Shown here piece after piece: positions 27,201 to 33,837 of a stretch of DNA of 64,000 nt; position 1 is the first letter of the stretch; each line of letters opens with the position of its first letter. The DNA comes from Dehalococcoidia bacterium (lineage in GTDB: Bacteria; Chloroflexota; Dehalococcoidia; Lucifugimonadales; UBA1127). Under the pieces are notes generated by a model that saw only the letters and a program-made list of their open reading frames with translations, did not search any database and had not been told where the DNA came from. The stretch is taken from contig OZ252225.1 of assembly GCA_965249315.1 (NCBI GenBank), positions 2,214,814 through 2,278,813 of the forward strand, read 5' to 3'. A program made the position numbers and the translations under genes.

Positions 27201-27658
27201 GCGCTTCCCCCTTCGTCGTCACGTCGGGCTGCCAGGTACTCGAGGGCGTAGAGGTAGCTGCGCCAGCCCATTCCGGCGACCTGGCCGACGGCGATGGGGG
27301 CGATGACGGAGCGGGACCGCCAGGACTCCCGACCGGCGATGTTGGAGAGGTGGACCTCCACAACGGGAAGGCGGGTGTCCGCGAGGGCGTCCCGGAGGGA
27401 GAGGCCGTAGGAGGTGAGTGCGCCGGGGTTGATGATGACGCCCGCGGCGTCTGCGCTGCGCTCCTGAAGGCAGTCTATGAGTGCGCCCTCACTGTTGGAC
27501 TGGAAGCAGTGGACCTCCAGGCCGAGGTCAGCGGCGCGCCGGCGGAGGCGATCCTCGATCTCGGCGAGGGTGACGGTGCCGTAGTGGGCGGGGTCCCTCT
27601 GGCCGAGCCGGTTGAGGTTGGGACCGTTGATGACGAGGATGCGGGCGCTATCTGCCAT
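27197..27658 (-). CDS. aroQ: 3-dehydroquinate dehydratase, type II
   Basis: ILVINGPNLNRLGQRDPAHYG, FQSNSEGALID, IINPGALT and EVHLSNI are canonical type II DHQase motifs. Confidence 0.95.
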   Translation of the reverse strand: MADSARILVINGPNLNRLGQRDPAHYGTVTLAEIEDRLRRRAADLGLEVHCFQSNSEGALIDCLQERSADAAGVIINPGALTSYGLSLRDALADTRLPVVEVHLSNIAGRESWRSRSVIAPIAVGQVAGMGWRSYLYALEYLAARRDDEGGSA

Positions 27659-27699
27659 TGCTACTCACGCCTGAAGGGTGTCCCCAGTGTAGCGGAGGT

Positions 27700-28560
27700 C
27701 ACTGCGTGACAGCAAGGTCACTGCGTGACGGCAAAGGCAGGGCAGGCCCTGCACCCACACCTTGCGGCAGCAGGGCTACGGCGGGGGTTGGGTTTGAATT
27801 GAGCTGAATGGTGTGCGCGCGATTTTCCGGCGGCCCGTGCCTGAGGAAACGCGGCGCAGCTTGGGTTTGAGGCGCGATGGACAAGTCGACAAAGGGAAAC
27901 AAGGCGTATCTGCCAGGCACGGGCCGGACGGGGGGCCGAGGGCCCCGCTGGGGGGTGTCGGAAAAGTCGACAAAGGGGGACAAGTCGTATCTGCGGGTCG
28001 CGGCGTCGTAGGGGGGCCGACGGCGACGCGGGGGGATCGCCGCAAACCGACAAAGGGAAACAAGGCAGGGCAAGGCGGGGGAGGTGTGGGCCCTTCGACA
28101 AGCTCAGGGTGAGCGGGAGGCGCGTGCGGGTGGGCATGGGGGTAGGGTAGGGGATGGGGGGGCGAGGGGATAGGGGGAGGTGGCACAGCACCAGGCAGGG
28201 CAGGCCCTGCACCCTCAGGCGGCCAGGCAGGGCACGCCCTGCACCCACAGGCGGCCAGCCGCGCAAGCTTGGGGAGGTGGGTTGCGCTGGGGGGTTGGGC
28301 CTGCGGAGGGGCGATGGAGGGTTGCGGTCGTTGGGGGGGCATAAGGTTGCCCCGCTCCGCCCCTCGCCCCACCGTCGCTTTTCCCGGCGGCGGTGCCGCC
28401 CTAGCATGAGCCCGCCCTGGGATTTTCTTGGGGCGCCCCCCGGAGCCCTGCGCTGGGGACCTTCCCCGCCCCTGGGTCCCGGCTCGGAGGCCGGAATGAC
28501 GGGTAGTAGGTGAGAGGGCTTCCCTGAGAGAGGGGGCGGTGACCAACTCCGCGAGTGCCC
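27700..28560. repeat. Large intergenic mosaic repeat block including an approximately 81-bp tandem array
   Basis: Tandem units start at 27885, 27966 and 28048 (gtcgacaaaggg[ag]aacaag[gt]cgtatctgc...). Also present: ggcagggcaggccctgcaccc modules at about 27736 and 28195, cccttcgacaagctcagggtgagcgg at 28091-28116, and a ccgcccctgggtcccggctcggaggccggaatgacg module near 28455. Confidence 0.85.
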
Positions 28561-28595
28561 TGATGACCAGTTACACCGGAGGTTGGGCGAATACC

Positions 28596-28624
28596 TTGAT
28601 ACTGTGAGGGTTAGAAGCTAGCAT
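28596..28624 (+). promoter_or_regulatory. Candidate promoter of the two-gene islet cassette (TTGATA-17 nt-TAGCAT)
   Basis: -35 at 28596-28601, 17-nt spacer, -10 at 28619-28624. It would give a 5' UTR of about 150 nt before the start at 28784/28787. Confidence 0.4.
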
Positions 28625-28783
28625 TGGTATCGCGACATGTCAGCGAGGCAAGGGCATGCTGGCAACAGCCGGACCTAGTTACGATGGCAACCTATGTGGT
28701 CGGCACCTGGCTCCTCGCTCTTATTGAAAATCGCTACAGATTACCCGAGGCTGCAGGCCAATTGATCGAGCGGAGGTGTTACT

Positions 28784-29506
28784 GTGATGAGGGATACGGA
28801 CCAGTTGGTCATCAAAGCAGTTGAGAATCACTATCAGGAAGAAGATTCTCCTTACTACTTGGCCGAACTTGGCAAGCTCTTCCGCGAGAAGGACATTGAC
28901 ATACCAGAGGGAGTCCGGTTTAAGGATTATCTAAGGAGTCGCTTTCACGGGAGTCTTGTTATCGTACAAGACGACCATACTCCGGCAAGAATAGCAGTTG
29001 CGACCCTCGACAAAGAAGCGAGCGTTCGTCAACAGCTCTCTGGTCAGCTCCCGCCCGTGCCCGGTGATTCTGGATTAGACCACATGCGTTTTCCCTTTTC
29101 CCTTATTGCTGCCTTTTGCAAGATTCCACTACCAAACACGCAAGTGTACTTCCGAATTACAAGACCTTTCCGATACGTTACCTTTATGGACGCACCCGAT
29201 GACAACAACTACGTGGCTATCGACGATAAATTTCGCCCCCCAAAATTGGCTGGGAAGTCAGTGCACGGATTATCCGATTCTGACAAAGGGCTGCTTTACA
29301 AGTGCATTGAGGAATGGGCGGAAGCAAACTCGGTCGATCTTCGACAGCTGTACTATGATCGCGCTGCTCTGCCAGCAGTAGCGAGAGCACAGTCAGGAAC
29401 AAGACGCAATGCGCTCCAGCGGTTGATCGACGCTCAAGACCCAGACCTGAAGGGGCGAATCAAGATTCCAGGGGATATCGCAAGCGTGCTCATGGATGTC
29501 GCATAG
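28784..29506 (+). CDS. Hypothetical protein A of islet cassette; N-terminal region resembles an OST-HTH/LOTUS-like winged helix
   Basis: 240-aa ORF with GGAGG upstream and a GTG-ATG start at 28784/28787. The composition is non-repetitive and AT-richer. YYLAELGKLFREKDIDIPEGVRFKDYLRSRF..LVIVQD resembles the OST-HTH pattern (resemblance only). I recognise no catalytic motif. Confidence 0.7.
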   Translation: MMRDTDQLVIKAVENHYQEEDSPYYLAELGKLFREKDIDIPEGVRFKDYLRSRFHGSLVIVQDDHTPARIAVATLDKEASVRQQLSGQLPPVPGDSGLDHMRFPFSLIAAFCKIPLPNTQVYFRITRPFRYVTFMDAPDDNNYVAIDDKFRPPKLAGKSVHGLSDSDKGLLYKCIEEWAEANSVDLRQLYYDRAALPAVARAQSGTRRNALQRLIDAQDPDLKGRIKIPGDIASVLMDVA

Positions 29507-30488
29507 GCGAATGCCTGGCAAGCTAGCCCGTCATTTGAGGAGATCGGAACACCAACAGCGGGATAACTTAGTCGTCCTTACCGGCCTTCCTCGAGATACT
29601 CTGAAGTGGACGATGCGTAGGCTCCATGGAGACACCTCCAGAAGGCCGGCAAGATATGTTGGCGCCCCCTCGACTCGGAGTCGCTCGCGTAACCTCTACA
29701 GCAAGGCCAGCATAGCGGAAACGTTGACGCTAATCGAGCGTGAGTGTCAACGCTATACTCCGCACCGAATTATGGTGCTCTATGTTCCGTCTGCGGACTC
29801 AGCAAATCTAGTTGAGGCCCTTGGATTTGTTTGCTTTCTTGCACCCTTGTGCCCAGGAACAAGCGACGATGGAGCTTTGGCGGCGCATTGGAGACATACA
29901 GTCTCTGAAGTGACGAGCGTAGTGTACGAGACTTTAAGTCGCGCACTGAAGACTACAAATGCCCTAAAGGCAGAGATTACTGACAGGAGAATCAGCCCCT
30001 TCACACTGCCAGCGCGTAATTTCTACTATCCCCACAGTCGTTCCACGATTGGTCTCGCCTATCAGGCATTCATCGCAAACGGATTTGATACGCAGCATCT
30101 AAAGAGTAAGTTGGAGCCGTCCAGGTTTACAAGGGGCCAGCTTCCACAAGGAGCATTCAAAGGCCAGCAGTACGCAGACTCTTTCTTTCAAGATCTTCGT
30201 GAGAGAGTATTCCCTCCTGATCTTCATCATGCGAGGTCAAGGCCTTTGAAGGAGGTTACCGGCCCCACTCTTTCTTTGGAATTACAACAGCGATTTCGCT
30301 TTGGAGTGATGGTCCGGGATGGTAACTTGCACTACGACATGCAGTATGAGCTGCCAAGGAGATTGGCGGATGAACCAATGTACTGTGCGATGGAAGGGGA
30401 GGTATCCGTAACTGCTTCACATGCGAATGTTGGTGTTAATGATGTCGTATGGGTTCCCAGTGGCAGGAAAGACCGCAGAAAAAAGTAG
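29496..30488 (+). CDS. Hypothetical protein B of islet cassette (Arg-rich N-terminus, basic C-tail), no recognisable domain
   Basis: 330-aa ORF. Its ATG at 29496 overlaps the gene A stop by 11 nt (ATGTCGCATAG), and an alternative ATG lies at 29511. It shares the AT-richer composition. I can assign no family motif. Confidence 0.7.
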   Translation: MSHRRMPGKLARHLRRSEHQQRDNLVVLTGLPRDTLKWTMRRLHGDTSRRPARYVGAPSTRSRSRNLYSKASIAETLTLIERECQRYTPHRIMVLYVPSADSANLVEALGFVCFLAPLCPGTSDDGALAAHWRHTVSEVTSVVYETLSRALKTTNALKAEITDRRISPFTLPARNFYYPHSRSTIGLAYQAFIANGFDTQHLKSKLEPSRFTRGQLPQGAFKGQQYADSFFQDLRERVFPPDLHHARSRPLKEVTGPTLSLELQQRFRFGVMVRDGNLHYDMQYELPRRLADEPMYCAMEGEVSVTASHANVGVNDVVWVPSGRKDRRKK

Positions 30489-30510
30489 GCGCAACAAAGA
30501 ATGTTGCGCC
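30479..30510 (-). terminator. Intrinsic terminator (GGCGCAAC-7 nt-GTTGCGCC + T6 on minus strand); abuts gene B stop codon
   Basis: 8-bp perfect stem at 30488-30495/30503-30510. The minus strand continues tacTTTTTTct (T-tract 30479-30484). On the plus strand the hairpin starts at the last base of gene B's TAG (30486-30488) but lacks a U-tract. Confidence 0.7.
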
Positions 30511-30715
30511 AATAAAGATCCATGTAGCCAACACAAATGGTGAGAGGTGTGTCACTCAGGCGGCTTGCCTACGAACCGTAGGCAACATCAACCGTCGGCC
30601 ACTTTTCGTTTGACCTAGGCTGAAGGTCCCACCGGATCGCCGTACACTCTTGGCGCCCCTCCCGGCAAATCAGATCCACCAGGTCGGCGCGAGTGGCCTC
30701 TTCGCTCTATCGGCT
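30480..30715 (-). ncRNA. Candidate small RNA of about 235 nt, convergent with the islet cassette
   Basis: Bounded by the near-consensus promoter at 30722-30750 and the intrinsic terminator at 30479-30510. It contains an 8-bp hairpin TTGCCTAC-ggttc-GTAGGCAA. The only ORFs I found reading it (10 and 36 codons) lack an SD. Confidence 0.45.
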
Positions 30716-30721
30716 AAGGGC

Positions 30722-30750
30722 ATTATACAGTTGATGTATGCGATTTTCAA
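30722..30750 (-). promoter_or_regulatory. Near-consensus sigma70 promoter on minus strand (TTGAAA-17 nt-TATAAT)
   Basis: The reverse complement of 30721-30760 reads agggcaccgtTTGAAAatcgcatacatcaactgTATAATg. The predicted TSS is near A30715. Confidence 0.65.
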
Positions 30751-30805
30751 ACGGTGCCCTACCCACAACTACGGGATGTCAAACACTTCAAGCTACTACC
30801 TCAGG

Positions 30806-30834
30806 TTGACAGGGGGGGTGGGTGTGGCTATGCT
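30806..30834 (+). promoter_or_regulatory. Promoter of the aroG leader (TTGACA-17 nt-TATGCT)
   Basis: A perfect -35 TTGACA at 30806-30811, a 17-nt spacer, and a -10 TATGCT at 30829-30834. Confidence 0.6.
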
Positions 30835-30843
30835 GGCGGGGTT

Positions 30844-30942
30844 GTGACGAAGGTGGAGAGGGTCCGGCAGTACTATTACTCCTACTTTAGCGGCGCGCGG
30901 TGGCGCGTCGGTGAGGTCTTGACGCTCCACGTCCACACGTAG
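30844..30942 (+). CDS. Candidate aromatic-rich leader peptide (..VRQYYYSYFSGARW..) of DAHP synthase attenuator
   Basis: GTG at 30844 (or 30853) to TAG at 30940-30942. Codons TAC TAT TAC TCC TAC TTT span 30871-30888. This is the only frame with a start codon inside the predicted transcript. Confidence 0.5.
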   Translation: MTKVERVRQYYYSYFSGARWRVGEVLTLHVHT

Positions 30943-30968
30943 ACCAGCCAGACAAGAGGAACGCTCGA

Positions 30969-30998
30969 GACCCCGACCGGCAGCGGTTGGGGTCTTTT
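30969..30998 (+). terminator. Attenuator terminator in the aroG leader
   Basis: 11-bp stem (30969-30979 with 30984-30994, one G-U), GCAG tetraloop, then TTTT at 30995-30998, 19 nt before the aroG ATG. The alternative antiterminator pairs 30907-30919 with 30968-30977. Confidence 0.65.
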
Positions 30999-31016
30999 CA
31001 TGAAAGGGAGGTCAGC

Positions 31017-32084
31017 ATGGTCCAGATTGAGAAGTCGGCGATACACAACGTCCGGGTGGAGAGCATCACGCGGCTCGATCCGCCGTCGGAGTACTGGCGG
31101 CGGTACCCGCTGCCGGAGTCGATGCGGGAGCAGGTGGCGGGGCATCGTCGCCAGATCGAGGCGATCCTGAGCGGGGTCGACACGCGGATGCTGATGATCG
31201 TGGGGCCGTGCTCGATCCACGACACGGAGGTGGGGCTGGACTACGCCCGTCGGCTGTCGTCGCTGGCGTCGGAGGTGTCGGACCGGGTGCTAGTGCTGAT
31301 GCGGGTGTACTTCGAGAAGCCGCGGACGACGGTGGGGTGGAAGGGGCTGATCAACGATCCGAACCTGAATGGGACGTACGACGTGCACGAGGGCATGGCG
31401 CGGGCGCGCCAGTTCCTGCTGGAGGTGTGCGGGCAGGGGCTGCCGACGGCGACGGAGTTCCTGGAGCCGTTCACGCCGCAGTACCTGGGGGATGTGATCT
31501 CGTGGGGGGCGATAGGGGCGAGGACGACGGAGAGCCAGCCGCACCGGCTGATGGCGAGCGGGCTGAGCATGCCGATAGGCTTCAAGAACGGCACGGGCGG
31601 GAGCATCGATATTGCGGTGGACGGGATCGTGGCGGCGAGGTCGGAGCACGTTTTTCTGGGCATCGACGACGACGGGTACGCGTCGGTGGTGAAGACGAAG
31701 GGGAACCCTGGGGCGCACCTGGTGCTTCGAGGCGGGAAGCAGGGGCCGAACTACGACGCGGCGTCGGTGGCGTCGGCGCAAGGGCTGCTGGAGGCGCGGG
31801 GGCTGGCGCCGCACGTGGTGGTGGACTGCTCGCATGCGAACTCGAACAAGGACCACAGGCAGCAGGCATCGGTGTTCAAGGCGCTGGTGGAGCAGCGGGC
31901 GGGGAATCCGGGCGTGGTGGGGCTGATGCTGGAGAGCAACATCCGCGAGGGGAGCCAGTCGCTGGGGGACCCGTCGGCGCTGGAGTACGGGGTGTCGATC
32001 ACGGATGCGTGCGTGGGGTGGGAGGAGACGGAGGAGCTGGTGCGATGGGCGCACGCGCGGTTGGGGGCGGCCAGCCGCGCATAA
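31017..32084 (+). CDS. aroG: 3-deoxy-7-phosphoheptulonate (DAHP) synthase, class I
   Basis: LMIVGPCSIHD, YFEKPRTTVGWKGL, GARTTESQ.HR and VDCSHANS are class I-alpha DAHPS motifs. An SD (aaagggagg) lies 5 nt before the ATG at 31017. Confidence 0.95.
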   Translation: MVQIEKSAIHNVRVESITRLDPPSEYWRRYPLPESMREQVAGHRRQIEAILSGVDTRMLMIVGPCSIHDTEVGLDYARRLSSLASEVSDRVLVLMRVYFEKPRTTVGWKGLINDPNLNGTYDVHEGMARARQFLLEVCGQGLPTATEFLEPFTPQYLGDVISWGAIGARTTESQPHRLMASGLSMPIGFKNGTGGSIDIAVDGIVAARSEHVFLGIDDDGYASVVKTKGNPGAHLVLRGGKQGPNYDAASVASAQGLLEARGLAPHVVVDCSHANSNKDHRQQASVFKALVEQRAGNPGVVGLMLESNIREGSQSLGDPSALEYGVSITDACVGWEETEELVRWAHARLGAASRA

Positions 32085-32102
32085 GGGCACAGAGTCGGTG
32101 GT

Positions 32103-32414
32103 ATGACCTACTCCGCCACCAAGTCGGACAAGGACCCCTGCGTGTACATCCTCGCCAGCAAGAGAAACGGAACGCTGTACACCGGCGTTACCTCGAACCT
32201 TGTACAGCGTGTGTGGCAGCACCGGAACGCATTCGTAGCAGGGTTTACCCGTCAGTATGGAGTCCAGCGCCTCGTTTGGTATGAGATGCATCCGACTATG
32301 GAGAGCGCGATTACGCGAGAAAAACAGCTCAAGGGATGGCGTCGGAGATGGAAGGTCCGGCTGGTGGAGGAGATGAACCGCGACTGGGCGGACTTGTACC
32401 CGCAGCTGGGCTGA
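32103..32414 (+). CDS. Small stand-alone GIY-YIG nuclease-family protein (UPF0213-like)
   Basis: 103 aa: CVYILASKRNGTLYTGVTSNLVQRVWQH...REKQLKGW. Confidence 0.85.
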   Translation: MTYSATKSDKDPCVYILASKRNGTLYTGVTSNLVQRVWQHRNAFVAGFTRQYGVQRLVWYEMHPTMESAITREKQLKGWRRRWKVRLVEEMNRDWADLYPQLG

Positions 32415-32720
32415 GTGCCTTGGTCGCCTCCCCGCCCCTGGGTTCCGGCCTCCGCCGGAACGACGAGGTAAAGGGGCCCTCATCCCAACCCTCTCCCAGA
32501 GGGATGTGGGGTGCTTGGTTGGGCCCACCCCTCGATTGTTGTTTTGTGACTGGGGGCGCAGCCCCCAGACCCTGGCGCCCTCACCCGCCGCTGCGCGTCG
32601 GCCTCTCCCCCAGGAGAGGCGGGCGGCATCGCCGCGTAAGCTCTCCCCGCCGCGCCACGCCGCCGACGCTGATGCGTCATCCTCACCCCTGCCCTCTCCG
32701 AGAAGGGGGAGCGGGCGCTG
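32415..32720. repeat. Intergenic mosaic repeat block
   Basis: Contains modules ccgcccctgggttccggcctccgccggaacgacg, tcatcccaaccctctcccagaggg, gggcccaccc...tgactgggggcgcagccccca, cggcctctcccccaggagaggcgg and cacccctgccctctcc..gggggag. Confidence 0.8.
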
Positions 32721-32721
32721 T

Positions 32722-33837
32722 CTAGGGGAGGAAGCGGGCGGGGCTGAGGGCGTCGACGGGAATGGAGCTGGCGCCGTGGACCATGAGCTCGGCGACGGAG
32801 CGGCCCATACCGGTGCTGAGCTCGATGCCCTTGCGGCCGGCGCCGGTGGCGAGGAAGACGCCGTCCCGTCCGGGGACGGGGCCGATGACCGGCAGGCTGT
32901 CGGCGGCGAGGGGGCGCAGGCAGGCGGTGTGGCGGACGACCTCGGCGGCGGCGAGGTCGGGTCGGAGGCGGCAGGCGCTGCGGAGGATGTGCTCGCGGGC
33001 CTCGGCGGTGGGCTGTGTGTCGAAGCCGACGCGCTCCTCCGTCGTGCCTGCCCAGACGAGGCCGTCGCGCTTGGCGGCGACGTACATCCCAAGCCGCGAC
33101 ACGTAGTTGGACGGGTCCGCGCCTGGGAGTCGGAGGCGGAGGATCTGCCCCTTCAGCGGCTCGACCGGCACGGGGACGCCCAGGAGCTCCGTGAGCATGC
33201 CGGACCAGGGCCCCAGGGCAAGTACCAAGCGGTCGCAGGAGAGGCTTCCCGTGGAGAGCCGGACGCCCGCGACGCGATCTCCCGCCCACTCGATCCGCTG
33301 CAGCGCCGCGTGCTCCACCCGGACGCCGCGGCCGCGCAGGACCGCGGCAAGCGTCGCCATGTGGTGGGCGCAGTCCATCATGCCGACGTTGTCGGTCTGC
33401 AGCGCGCCGACGACGTCGGGCGACAGGGCAGGCTCGAGGGCCAGGACTTCGCCGGCATCGAGCCATCGGGCGGGGAAGCCCTGCTGTCGCTGCCACTCCA
33501 TTCGGTGGTAGAGGGGCGGGACCTCCTCTTCGGCCAGCGCCACTGTGAGGTGGGAGAGGAGGTGGAAGCTGCTGTCCAGCCCCGTCTCCTCCTTCACCGA
33601 CGCGTGGAGGTCGCTGTGGAGGCGCAGGCTCTCGAGGGCGAGAGGCGCCACGGGGCCGGGGATGCCGGCGCCGCCGGTGGGGTCGAGGCCGCCGAGGGCC
33701 AGGCCGGAGGCCGCGCTGCCGATGCCTGTGGCCTCGACGATGGTGGGCGTGACGCCGAGCTCCGTGAGGTAGTAGGCGACGGTGCAGCCGAGAATGCCGC
33801 CGCCGATGATGACGACCTCTGTGCCTCGGGCGCTCAC
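32722..33837 (-). CDS. FAD-dependent oxidoreductase (DAO / glycine oxidase-like family)
   Basis: An N-terminal dinucleotide fold (VVIIGGGILGCTVAYYL) in a 371-aa DAO-type architecture. Its start overlaps the hemH stop by 4 nt (33834-33837). Confidence 0.8.
   Translation of the reverse strand: MSARGTEVVIIGGGILGCTVAYYLTELGVTPTIVEATGIGSAASGLALGGLDPTGGAGIPGPVAPLALESLRLHSDLHASVKEETGLDSSFHLLSHLTVALAEEEVPPLYHRMEWQRQQGFPARWLDAGEVLALEPALSPDVVGALQTDNVGMMDCAHHMATLAAVLRGRGVRVEHAALQRIEWAGDRVAGVRLSTGSLSCDRLVLALGPWSGMLTELLGVPVPVEPLKGQILRLRLPGADPSNYVSRLGMYVAAKRDGLVWAGTTEERVGFDTQPTAEAREHILRSACRLRPDLAAAEVVRHTACLRPLAADSLPVIGPVPGRDGVFLATGAGRKGIELSTGMGRSVAELMVHGASSIPVDALSPARFLP

Noticed and set aside
27718-28546. 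229-aa and 256-aa minus-strand ORFs inside the 27700-28560 block. Similar ORFs lie at 17729-18250, 18329-18722, 43141-43911 and 43480-44004.
   Set aside because: They are assembled entirely from the interspersed and tandem repeat modules. The same peptide snippets, such as PFDKLRVSG and LPLARGLGDVPP-like strings, recur wherever the DNA modules recur. No start or SD context is present.
28624-28824. 66-aa ORF upstream of, and overlapping, the start of islet gene A
   Set aside because: It starts inside the predicted -10 element, overlaps gene A out of frame by about 40 nt, and has no SD. I treat it as 5' UTR, though a small upstream peptide (ATG 28684) cannot be excluded.
28509-30547. Direct repeats or att-like sites and tRNA genes flanking the AT-rich islets
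   Set aside because: I found only a 9-nt match, ggtgagagg, at 28509-28517 and 30539-30547, which is short enough to be chance. I saw no tRNA, integrase or transposase gene anywhere in the window.
30332-30847. Track ORFs 30332-30523 (minus, 63 aa) and 30650-30847 (plus, 65 aa) as protein genes
   Set aside because: The first runs through the terminator hairpin and antisense into gene B. The second spans the divergent promoter region. Neither has an SD or a recognisable motif. The promoter and terminator signals explain the region better.
30868-30890. Alternative readings of the leader codon run as Leu-rich (VLLLLL-stop) or Thr/Ile-rich (STITPT)
   Set aside because: Neither frame has an ATG, GTG or TTG start between the predicted TSS (about 30841) and the run. 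Only the Tyr/Phe frame does, and aromatic control fits the downstream DAHP synthase.
31290-33092. 600-aa minus-strand ORF overlapping aroG, the small GIY-YIG gene, a repeat block and the FAD oxidoreductase
   Set aside because: It crosses genes on both strands and a repeat block. Its product is Pro/Arg/Ser/Ala-rich with no motifs, while the overlapped frames carry clear family signatures.
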